A stretch of DNA of 27,103 nucleotides from Promethearchaeati archaeon. GTDB lineage: Archaea; Asgardarchaeota; Heimdallarchaeia; JABLTI01. Where the stretch lies: contig JABLTI010000065.1 of the NCBI GenBank assembly GCA_013166835.1, positions 1 through 27,103 on the forward strand. Direction: 5' to 3'. A model generated the notes under the pieces. It was given only the letters and a program-made list of their open reading frames with translations. It had not been told where the DNA came from and did not search any database. Position 1 is the first letter of the stretch, and each line of letters opens with the position of its first letter. This document shows, in pieces, positions 9,844 to 18,162 of this stretch. The translations under genes were made by a program, and so were the position numbers.

Positions 9844-11334
9844 TTAAGCACTGACCTTCTTCGATCTCTCTTGGAGTTTAATTGTAACTATACTACCGAT
9901 AATCATTACAACAATAAGTATTGGTAAAAGAATGAGAGTTACTCGGGCATTTGTATCGTCTTGTTTTACTTGGTTTATCAAATGCCAAATAAAGATCCCA
10001 AGAAGTGATAAGGCCATAATAAAACCTAGAAGTGGGATTATGAAATTCGCTTTTATCTTCTTTCTGAGAACCAGACTTGACAATGAAATTATTGCAAATA
10101 ATATTAGAAAGATGGAGCTCGCTAGTTGAGCAATTTGAGCAAGATCTAAAACAAGTGTAAATATTAATGTTATGCCACTTATAGTTAAGATGCTAATAAA
10201 AGGAACTCTACTCTTTTTTGAAACGGTTTGAAAGAATTGTGGGAAGATTCGATCTCGAGCCATCACATAAGTCATTCGTGAAGAACCGAAAAGTGAGGCA
10301 TTAAAAGCACTTGCAGTTGAAAATAGTGCTCCTATTGAGACAATTATGAATCCTGCAGCTCCAAGGATTGGTGTCGCAGCAATTGCTAGAGCATATTCCG
10401 CTTTTTCTGGATCACTAGCAAATATCGTGTAATCAGTGCCACCTAATGCTGTAAATGCAACTAGAATGTAAATGATAGTTGCAATAATCACAGTACCATA
10501 GATTGATCGTGGAATGTTTTTTTCTGGATTTTGGATTTCTTCTGAAGCATTAGGAATGAGTTCCATCCCCTCAAATGCAACAAATAATATTGATGTTCCT
10601 ACGACAGCCATTGCTAAACCAGTAACTATATTGAGTTTATTTCCTTCAGCATCTGCAAAAAATGGTTTGAGATAGGTAATGTCTGGATCTATTATGTTCT
10701 TTATTACAGCTGGTATAGTGATCGCTACAAATCCAACTAGAATTATTACTTTAATTAAAACAATAATATTCTGTGATTTTCCCGTCTCCTTTACTCCAAC
10801 TAAATTTATGATTGTGGAGAGGATTATTAGAACTGCTGCGAAAACAGCCGATACTAGATTGGCGTGTGGTGAACCTTCAGGAAGAACCATATGAGCAAAA
10901 AACGCTCCAAAAGTGTAAGCATAAAGAGAACAAGATGTGAGATATCCTGTCCAGAGTAACCAACCAAAAGCTCCTCCAAAATATCTTCCAAACGCTTCTT
11001 TTGCAAAGGTATAACTTCCACCAGCGGATTGGAAACGTAAGGCAAGCTTTGCGTAAGAATAACCAATAAGAAGAGCTAAGACACCGCCAAAAGCAAAAGA
11101 GAGTATTGCTGCTGGACCTGCAAAACCTGCGGCAATCCCTAGAACACTGAAAACCCCTCCACCTATAGTTCCACCTAAACCAATGCTTAATGCTTCCTTA
11201 AACCCAAGTTCTCGAGATAATTCTCTTTCAGAGACAATGCTGGTTTCAGTGACTCCATGAGAATGAGAACTACTTTGGTCTTCTTTTCGTTTTAATTCGA
11301 GTTGACCAGTTGACTCATGGGGTGATTCGTCCAT
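9844..11334 (-). CDS. APC-superfamily amino acid permease
   Basis: About 12 TM segments, GGTIGGGVF, AGGSY, AFEGME, EEIQNPEKNIPR. Confidence 0.93.
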   Translation of the reverse strand: MDESPHESTGQLELKRKEDQSSSHSHGVTETSIVSERELSRELGFKEALSIGLGGTIGGGVFSVLGIAAGFAGPAAILSFAFGGVLALLIGYSYAKLALRFQSAGGSYTFAKEAFGRYFGGAFGWLLWTGYLTSCSLYAYTFGAFFAHMVLPEGSPHANLVSAVFAAVLIILSTIINLVGVKETGKSQNIIVLIKVIILVGFVAITIPAVIKNIIDPDITYLKPFFADAEGNKLNIVTGLAMAVVGTSILFVAFEGMELIPNASEEIQNPEKNIPRSIYGTVIIATIIYILVAFTALGGTDYTIFASDPEKAEYALAIAATPILGAAGFIIVSIGALFSTASAFNASLFGSSRMTYVMARDRIFPQFFQTVSKKSRVPFISILTISGITLIFTLVLDLAQIAQLASSIFLILFAIISLSSLVLRKKIKANFIIPLLGFIMALSLLGIFIWHLINQVKQDDTNARVTLILLPILIVVMIIGSIVTIKLQERSKKVSA

Positions 11335-11427
11335 TGTTTTAACCTTCCTTTTAATTTTGAGTTCGGCATTAAATCTTCTTTTTATTTTTTCTTTATTGTT
11401 AAAAATCTACGCTTCAGTTGAATTGAC

Positions 11428-12336
11428 TCAACACGCTTCCTTATGAAAAATAACTACCACCGGGCATTTACTTCTCTGATAGATTATATTTGTATCAGTT
11501 CCAAACAAACCAAAGAGTCTCCTAGGAACATAGGGAACACCCATAATGGATAAATCAGCATTCTCTTTGTTAAGATAATAACTGACAGATCGACCAACAT
11601 CACGACCGATAATTGCTTTTGTTTTCATAGGCCAAAGTAACATTGTGCTATACATACCCGCCTGCTTCACAAAATCCTTCTCTTCTTGAATGATCAATCT
11701 ATCATCATCAGGAATGATTGGTACGGTTTCAGGAACAGTAATAACATGAAGCAAAGTTATATCTGCATCTCGAGTTTCACCAGCATTAGCAATAGCAATG
11801 GCTATTTGGACTGCGGATACTTCACAGGGATTATTGGATCCGATGGGAACGACGATTTTTCTTGGTGACACATGAGAACCATAGGTCACCCAATCCTTTA
11901 TCGGTGAACGAATAATCATAACTGAAACTCTACTTCTTCGAGCAACACGTTCAGCAATACTACCTGCAAATCTTTGGAAAAGCCCTTTCCTTCTGCTCAT
12001 CATAATTACGAGTTTGGGAGATAATGCTCGAATTTCCTTAATAATAACATTATCAGGTCTTGATCTAGGATTATGATCTTTAATGTCGATATCTAATTTC
12101 ACGTTTAATTCTTGGGATTTCTCTTTTAACCACTCAATCTCTTTGAGAAAGAACTCTTCGGATCTCTTAGATTTATTTGCAATATGAAAAACATGCAAGT
12201 TGGTTCCAAAATACTCAGCTGTTACTAGAGCAATAAACATTGCATCACGTTCAGAGGGATACCCCATTAATGGGAGGAATATCTTATCACCTGGAGCACT
12301 AAATAATCCAGAATCTAATGAAATTTCACTACTCAT
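11428..12336 (-). CDS. Tandem universal stress protein (2x USP)
   Basis: Two USP repeats (KIFLP...GSIAERVARRSRVSVMII; KIVVP...GTDTNIIYQRSKCPVVV), upstream of the APC permease, a common archaeal pairing. Confidence 0.88.
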   Translation of the reverse strand: MSSEISLDSGLFSAPGDKIFLPLMGYPSERDAMFIALVTAEYFGTNLHVFHIANKSKRSEEFFLKEIEWLKEKSQELNVKLDIDIKDHNPRSRPDNVIIKEIRALSPKLVIMMSRRKGLFQRFAGSIAERVARRSRVSVMIIRSPIKDWVTYGSHVSPRKIVVPIGSNNPCEVSAVQIAIAIANAGETRDADITLLHVITVPETVPIIPDDDRLIIQEEKDFVKQAGMYSTMLLWPMKTKAIIGRDVGRSVSYYLNKENADLSIMGVPYVPRRLFGLFGTDTNIIYQRSKCPVVVIFHKEAC

Positions 12337-12519
12337 CGTGTCTTTTATCTCCTTTACAGCTTTCCAAATTAGAACCTACGCAAGGGCGCAGACGGATGTA
12401 AATTAATCTTCCTACACTAAAATATATTTACCTCATAGAAATAATATTTTATGACCATAAAAGTCACATAAGCAAAGGTTTTTTATTGAAAATTCTTAAC
12501 TTTAGATAATTTCAAAAGA

Positions 12520-13143
12520 ATGCTAGTAGAAGGAAGGAAACTTTTGGCAGACACAACCGCAACATCAAGCTTCGATTTTCTTTTTAAAACCATAGTTGTA
12601 GGTGATGGTGCTGTTGGGAAAACTGCAATTACTTTTCGGTATGCTGTTGGCAAATTCCAAGAAAACTACAAAATGACCATTGGAGTAGATTTCACTATCA
12701 AACGAGAAAAAGTAAATGATAAGGATGTAAAAGTACAGGTCTGGGATACTGGTGGTCAAGAAAAATTCTCGAAAATACGTCCATTGTATTATCGAGGGGC
12801 TCTCGGAGGATTAGTAGTTTTTGATGTCACCTCAAGAGAATCATTTGATAATTTGGATGGTTGGATGGAGGAAATTCAAAAGAATTGTACGAAAATACCG
12901 ATTATTTTAGTGGGAAATAAAATCGATCTAAAGAATCGTAAAGTTACAAAGGAAGAAGGGAAGAAATACGCAGTAAAGCAATCAAAAGCAATGGGTTATA
13001 AAATCCCATATCTAGAAACCTCTGCAAAAACAGGTGAAACCATTAAGAAAGTCTTTCGTAAATTGATTGAATCAATGGTCGGTGGGGCAGAGGAATCTAT
13101 GAGAAGGAAAGAAGAAGCTAAAAAAGAAAAGAAGAAAAAATAA
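12520..13143 (+). CDS. Rab-like small GTPase
   Basis: GDGAVGKT, TIGVDF, WDTGGQEKF, YYRGA, GNKID, ETSAK. Real start may be TTG 12544, after GGAAGG. Confidence 0.95.
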   Translation: MLVEGRKLLADTTATSSFDFLFKTIVVGDGAVGKTAITFRYAVGKFQENYKMTIGVDFTIKREKVNDKDVKVQVWDTGGQEKFSKIRPLYYRGALGGLVVFDVTSRESFDNLDGWMEEIQKNCTKIPIILVGNKIDLKNRKVTKEEGKKYAVKQSKAMGYKIPYLETSAKTGETIKKVFRKLIESMVGGAEESMRRKEEAKKEKKKK

Positions 13144-13216
13144 TCAAAAGAAGCGTTCTTGCAATAAGAACCCTTCCACCAAGTTTCCCTCGGCTTTTGA
13201 ATATTGAACGAAATTT

Positions 13217-13360
13217 CTATGGACCAGAATCTAGTAGTGGTGGAGCTTCATCTGGGGGTCCAATAGTTAATGTGGTTGTTACCCAGAGAATCATCATTGC
13301 ACCGAAAAGCAAGATCGCACTCAATCGTTTGTTTTTGAAGAGTTTTTTCATTTTATTCAT
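13217..13360 (-). CDS. Putative 47-aa secreted or membrane-anchored peptide
   Basis: MNKMKKLFKNKRLSAILLFGAMMILWVTTTLTIGPPDEAPPLLDSGP. GGAGGT lies directly upstream and a TATA-like TTTTAAATA about 50 nt upstream. Below the ORF-track cutoff. Confidence 0.65.
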   Translation of the reverse strand: MNKMKKLFKNKRLSAILLFGAMMILWVTTTLTIGPPDEAPPLLDSGP

Positions 13361-13526
13361 TGACCTCCGCAAGGAGAAATTTTCTCAAGTGAACCCCTAG
13401 GATTTTTTATTTAAAAAGATACAAATCTCAAAATTCTGAGGTAAAAAGAAGGAAAGAAAAAAAAATTAGCGTAAGAAAAAAGGCTTTATCCTTTTCTCTT
13501 AAACTTCGATTGATTTTTTTGAAATG

Positions 13527-14513
13527 TTATGACATATTAACTAGTTTTAGAAGATGGGCCCATTCTTTGTCGACTTCTTCTTGGAATCTAGCGATTAAGT
13601 CTTCACGTTTTTTTGGTCGGAATAAGTGTCTAAATCTACCTTGTCCCTTCAAGTATTCTTCAACTGGAAGTTTTCTTTCGGGCTTATTAGCAATAGCTTT
13701 GCTTTTCGGATTAAGGACATATTCTTTACCATTGTAAACTTCGTAGATTGGGAAGTAACAAGAATCAATTGCTTGTTGTGCTATTTTGATTGATAATTCC
13801 TCTGGGAATCTCCAACCTCTAGGACAAGGCATATCAATCAATATGAACGCTGGTCCATCGACATCAAGTGCTCTTCTCACTTTAGTCATCATATCACGAT
13901 GAGCTGCGGGAGAAGCGGTTGCAACATAAGGTACTTTGTGTGCAGCAGCGATTGCTACTAGGTCTTTTCTCCACTGGATTTTTCCAGGGATAACTTTTCC
14001 AGCAGGGGAAGTTGTAGTTGAGGCGTACATTGGGGTTCCACCAGAACGCTGAATACCGGTGTTCATGTAAGCACCATTAGTGTAGCAGATGTAAACAAAA
14101 TCGTGTCCTCGTTCTAAAGCTCCGCTGAGTGATTGTAACCCAATATCATAAGTTCCACCATCACCAGCGAAAGCAATGATGTCTGGTACTTTCTTTAGTT
14201 TGCCTTTCTTTACCATCACTTTGTATGCTGCTTCTGCTCCGGAAGCGGTTGCAGCAACGTTTTCAAATGCGTTGTGGAACCAAGGAAGTCTCCAAGCGGT
14301 AAATGGATAAATAGTTGTCGCGACTTCCATACAACCAGTTGCATGGAAAATACAAACATCATCAGGTTCGGTAACAAGAGTTGCACATCGAGCGATAGTT
14401 CCTGCGGTACAACCAGCACAAAGTCTGTGACCAGGAGCTAAGCGATTTTCTTTTCTCATTAGTTCCTTTGCTTTTGGGATTCTTACTTTCTTTAATTCTT
14501 CAGTAGTAACCAT
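13527..14513 (-). CDS. porB: Pyruvate/2-oxoacid:ferredoxin oxidoreductase beta subunit
   Basis: GHRLCAGC, ATGC, GDGGTYDIG TPP motif, YMNTGIQRS, PCPRGW. Confidence 0.94.
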   Translation of the reverse strand: MVTTEELKKVRIPKAKELMRKENRLAPGHRLCAGCTAGTIARCATLVTEPDDVCIFHATGCMEVATTIYPFTAWRLPWFHNAFENVAATASGAEAAYKVMVKKGKLKKVPDIIAFAGDGGTYDIGLQSLSGALERGHDFVYICYTNGAYMNTGIQRSGGTPMYASTTTSPAGKVIPGKIQWRKDLVAIAAAHKVPYVATASPAAHRDMMTKVRRALDVDGPAFILIDMPCPRGWRFPEELSIKIAQQAIDSCYFPIYEVYNGKEYVLNPKSKAIANKPERKLPVEEYLKGQGRFRHLFRPKKREDLIARFQEEVDKEWAHLLKLVNMS

Positions 14514-14526
14514 TTGTTTTAACCTC

Positions 14527-15723
14527 CTACTTTCTCAAACCAATCCATTCAACTGGTACAGCTTTTTCTGTACCTTTGTTCTTGAGTACTTGTTTGTAGA
14601 TGTACTCATAGTCTTTAACAAGGACATCTCTTCCACCGATTCCAGCTATAAAACCGAAGACCTGTGGTCTTTCCTTATAATCGTATAATGCAGTCTTGAG
14701 GTCAGTGTAGAGAGCTGCTCCTGGGGCTCCAAAGGTTAAGTCTCGGTCAATAACTCCAACTGCATCAATATCTTTCAATGCTTTTGCTAGGTCATCAGCT
14801 GGGAATGGTCGATAGGTTTTCACCTTAAGCATACCAACTTTCTCACCTTCTTTTCGGAGTTTATCAACGACGAATTTTGTGGTGCCAGATAATGCACCCA
14901 TGGTAATAAGAGCTGTTTCAGCATCTTCCATTTGGTATTCTTCAACTTGATCGTAATAACGACCAGTCTTCTCACCAAACTCCTCAAAAGCTTTTGGAAT
15001 GACTTTTCGGGCAGCATCCATAGCTAATTCTTGCTGATACTTGACTTCCACATAATAATCAGGAAGAGCAAGTAAACCAGAAGAAACTGGATTGCCAGGT
15101 ATTGTTGGATGCTTCATTTCACGCTCAGGTAAGAAATCCTTAGCGAATTTCCTGTCAAGTGGAAAAACTCCTTCGAGAGCATGAGTAAGAATAAAACCAT
15201 CTAATCCATACATAGCAGGGAGTGAGACGTCTGGGTGTTCTCCAACCTTGAAGGCCAAGAAGGTATTATCATAAGCTTCTTGTGCGGATTCAGAGAACAT
15301 AGAAATCCAACCTGTGTCTCGACAGATTGTTTGGTCAGTTAATTCTCCATGAATGTTAATTGGTCCACTGAGAGCACGGTTTGCAACTGCCATAACAATT
15401 GGAAGCCTTGAAGCAGCAGCGATGAAGAGAATTTCATACATCAAAGCAACTCCTTGACTAGCAGAAGCTGTAAAGACTCTTGCACCTGTAGCGCTAGCAC
15501 CAACACAAGCACTCATAGCACTGTGTTCAGATTCAACACAAACAAACTCAGTATCTACTTCGCCATCGTGAACAAAATCACTGAAATGTTCTACAATGAT
15601 AGTTTGTGGGGTGATCGGATACGCAGCAACAACATCAGGATTGATAACTGCAGCAGCATTTGCAACAGCTTCGTCCCCAGTCATGCCGATTCTTTTACCT
15701 TTAGTAACTTTAGCTTTAGTCAT
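14527..15723 (-). CDS. porA: Pyruvate/2-oxoacid:ferredoxin oxidoreductase alpha subunit
   Basis: AYPITPQT, VESEHSA, NRALSGPINI, RPFP, GIGGRD. Confidence 0.94.
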   Translation of the reverse strand: MTKAKVTKGKRIGMTGDEAVANAAAVINPDVVAAYPITPQTIIVEHFSDFVHDGEVDTEFVCVESEHSAMSACVGASATGARVFTASASQGVALMYEILFIAAASRLPIVMAVANRALSGPINIHGELTDQTICRDTGWISMFSESAQEAYDNTFLAFKVGEHPDVSLPAMYGLDGFILTHALEGVFPLDRKFAKDFLPEREMKHPTIPGNPVSSGLLALPDYYVEVKYQQELAMDAARKVIPKAFEEFGEKTGRYYDQVEEYQMEDAETALITMGALSGTTKFVVDKLRKEGEKVGMLKVKTYRPFPADDLAKALKDIDAVGVIDRDLTFGAPGAALYTDLKTALYDYKERPQVFGFIAGIGGRDVLVKDYEYIYKQVLKNKGTEKAVPVEWIGLRK

Positions 15724-15733
15724 GTGTGATCAC

Positions 15734-16060
15734 CTATTGAGATAAATCCTTCATTTCAATAGCATCTGAAGGACATTCTTCTGCACAGATGCCGCAGCCT
15801 TTACAATAATCAAAATCCATCACGGGGATTTCTTCATCATCCATTGTAATGGCTGAATCAGGGCAAAGGAAGAAACAAGTAGTACATTTTGTGCATGCTT
15901 CGCGGTCAACGACTGCTTTGAATGCACTCCAATCTCCTGTTTTAAAGAATTTAGAGGATCCGGGATAAGGAACAGATCCACCCATGGGGAGTTTTTCGTA
16001 ACCCCACTTCTCCTTTATCCATTCTTGCATTTCTTCATCGGAAAGGGTATTCTTGGTCAT
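15734..16060 (-). CDS. porD: Oxidoreductase delta subunit (2x[4Fe-4S] ferredoxin)
   Basis: KTGDW, CTKCTTCFFLCP, YCKGCGICAEECP. Confidence 0.93.
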   Translation of the reverse strand: MTKNTLSDEEMQEWIKEKWGYEKLPMGGSVPYPGSSKFFKTGDWSAFKAVVDREACTKCTTCFFLCPDSAITMDDEEIPVMDFDYCKGCGICAEECPSDAIEMKDLSQ

Positions 16061-16586
16061 TCACTTTCGACCTCCGTATGGGCTCTTCTAATAGCCTTTA
16101 CGTTTTTCTCGCCAACTACACCTGGAAAACGAGTAGCAGTAGCTTCACAGACATTGTCTAATTCGACGATCTTTGTGATTTTTACTAAAGCTCCTAGCAT
16201 AACAGTGTTGCATCAACTTTGTAATACGCAACTTTTTGCTTGATACCAATCTTGCTTTTCAGCTCGTCCATTGAACCAGCGAAATTTGCAATAACTATTC
16301 CTCCATCCTTCAAGCCTTTACCAAGGTCAACAGTCCCAATTAAAGTGGGATCAAGAATCACAATAATATCGGGGTAGTGAATCTCTGTTTTAATGGTAAA
16401 CGCTGCCGGAGAAATACGAGTGAACCCTTCAATGGGTGCACCGGCTCGTTCAGGACCAAAAGCTGGAAACGCGTGGACATATTTGTCTTCGACGAGGGCG
16501 GCTTCTGCAGCAATACGAGATGCAGTAACTACTCCTTGTCCTCCACGTCCATGGAATCGTATATCAGTTATGTTATCTCCAACCAA
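16057..16586 (-). pseudogene. porG: Oxidoreductase gamma subunit, frameshifted by a deletion near 16207-16209
   Basis: IRFHGRGGQG, FGPERAGAP ... VDAT in one frame. NTVMLGALVKITKIVELDNVCEATATRFPGVVGEKNVKAIRRAHTEVESE* in another frame, ending in an ATGA overlap with porD. Likely start TTG 16586. Confidence 0.88.
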
Positions 16587-16635
16587 TTTTGGTTCACACT
16601 CTGAGTGTATTTTTTCTTTATTATGCATAATATAG

Positions 16636-16726
16636 AAAGAACGCATTAACGCTTCGTTTCTTGCATCATAAAAAATGCTTACTGTTTTTTAATATTGTTC
16701 TACCATCGTTATTTGTCAAATATTAC
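16636..16726. repeat. Diverged ~90-bp direct repeat, copy 1
   Basis: Aligns by eye with 17948..18037; shared blocks include AAAAAATGCTTAC and TTGTTCTACCATCGT. Confidence 0.85.
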
Positions 16727-16751
16727 CTTTCATTTTTGTGTTTCAATTTTA

Positions 16752-17726
16752 CTACCAAATCCCAGTAAAACTAAGGACAGTCCTAGTTAAGCTGAATATA
16801 CCCAATATTAGTGTAGCAATTCCAACAAAAATCTTGAGCCATTTATTATCCACAGCTTTCGTAGTAAGCGCAGCTAGAGGAGCAGATAACACAGCACCAG
16901 TAATTAAGAATGGGGCCAAACCTAAATAACTCCAATCTACTGGAACACCGCTAATTGAACCTTTTATAACTGCAGTTAGAATATATGCTAAAGCTCCTAC
17001 AAAACATATAATTCCTTCAGACAAAGAAGTAGATGCAATGGCATTTTTCCCTTCTCTACCAGAAAGAATCTGACCTGAAACAGCCAAAGGACCATACCCT
17101 CCTCCTGAAATGCCTTTATTGAAACCAGCAACGGCTCCAATTGTGATGATTCTTTTTATTGAGTATTTAATTTGTTTTCTTCTCAAAGCTAAAATCAAAA
17201 TACCCATGCTAAAAACCATTACACCAATGTATATTTTTACACCAAATTTAAAATTAGGATCATAGCCATAAGAAGCCGAGACGATAGAAGAGATTAAAGT
17301 ACCAATAATACCAAAAATTACTAGAATGTAGATTACTTGGGTGTCAAGAGTGAGAGCTTGTATTCGTTCTTTCAAACTTTGTTTTTCAGGAATTGAAATC
17401 CCACCATTTACTGCAGATAGTAAATCATTGGTTGAATTTGGCTTAACGCTTTCAGTATTCTTACTTATTTTCTTCTTTGATTGTCTTTTATAACCTAAGG
17501 TCATATTCTTAAACCATACATGAAATATCGCAGAAACTATACCAGTCACAAATTCAGAGATAAGTACAGCAGGAACAATTTGAACCGCTTCATAACCCAT
17601 CAATAATAATACTGGAGTAAGAGTAGTGCCATACCCCATACCCAAGGATGAGTCCATAAATTCAAATACAAATGCCAAAACCACTATTATTATTATTATC
17701 CAATTTAATTCGATTGGGTAAGCCAT
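16752..17726 (-). CDS. TSUP (TauE/SafE sulfite exporter family) membrane protein
   Basis: DSSLGMGYGTTLTP and KGISGGGYGP repeats, multiple TMs. Start likely ATG 17726. Confidence 0.88.
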   Translation of the reverse strand: MAYPIELNWIIIIIVVLAFVFEFMDSSLGMGYGTTLTPVLLLMGYEAVQIVPAVLISEFVTGIVSAIFHVWFKNMTLGYKRQSKKKISKNTESVKPNSTNDLLSAVNGGISIPEKQSLKERIQALTLDTQVIYILVIFGIIGTLISSIVSASYGYDPNFKFGVKIYIGVMVFSMGILILALRRKQIKYSIKRIITIGAVAGFNKGISGGGYGPLAVSGQILSGREGKNAIASTSLSEGIICFVGALAYILTAVIKGSISGVPVDWSYLGLAPFLITGAVLSAPLAALTTKAVDNKWLKIFVGIATLILGIFSLTRTVLSFTGIW

Positions 17727-17947
17727 GTTACAAACCACAATATGTAATAACAGTTTTTTTCCTATGACGAGATATAATTCGTAAAAGGAAATCAAAGGGT
17801 CTAGAATTAAGAACTTATATATGCCAATTTCTGAGATAATTAGTTTTGATTTTCTTAAATAAATTACTTATATAAAATCATGGAAAATGCACCTCTAGAA
17901 TGTTAGTGGGTATAGACTAAATAAATTAAAAAATTTAAAACTAGACA

Positions 17948-18037
17948 AAAGAATACACTAATGCTTCATTTTTTGTGTTTAAAAAAATGCTTACCGTTTC
18001 AAATTTTGTTCTACCATCGTATTTATACAAAAATTAC
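17948..18037. repeat. Diverged ~90-bp direct repeat, copy 2
   Basis: Aligns with 16636..16726. Confidence 0.85.
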
Positions 18038-18162
18038 GCAAAATATGAAAAATATAACTATTTCAATAAAGTAAGCAAAAACATTTAAGACTCCTTTTTG
18101 CAAAGCTGATTAAATCATTAAATGAACTCAAAAATTAATAGGCAATTTTAAAGTGAGTAACT

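Noticed and set aside
16636-18037. Repeat pair as IS ends, att sites or CRISPR repeats
   Set aside because: Only two diverged direct copies, with no transposase, integrase or spacer periodicity.
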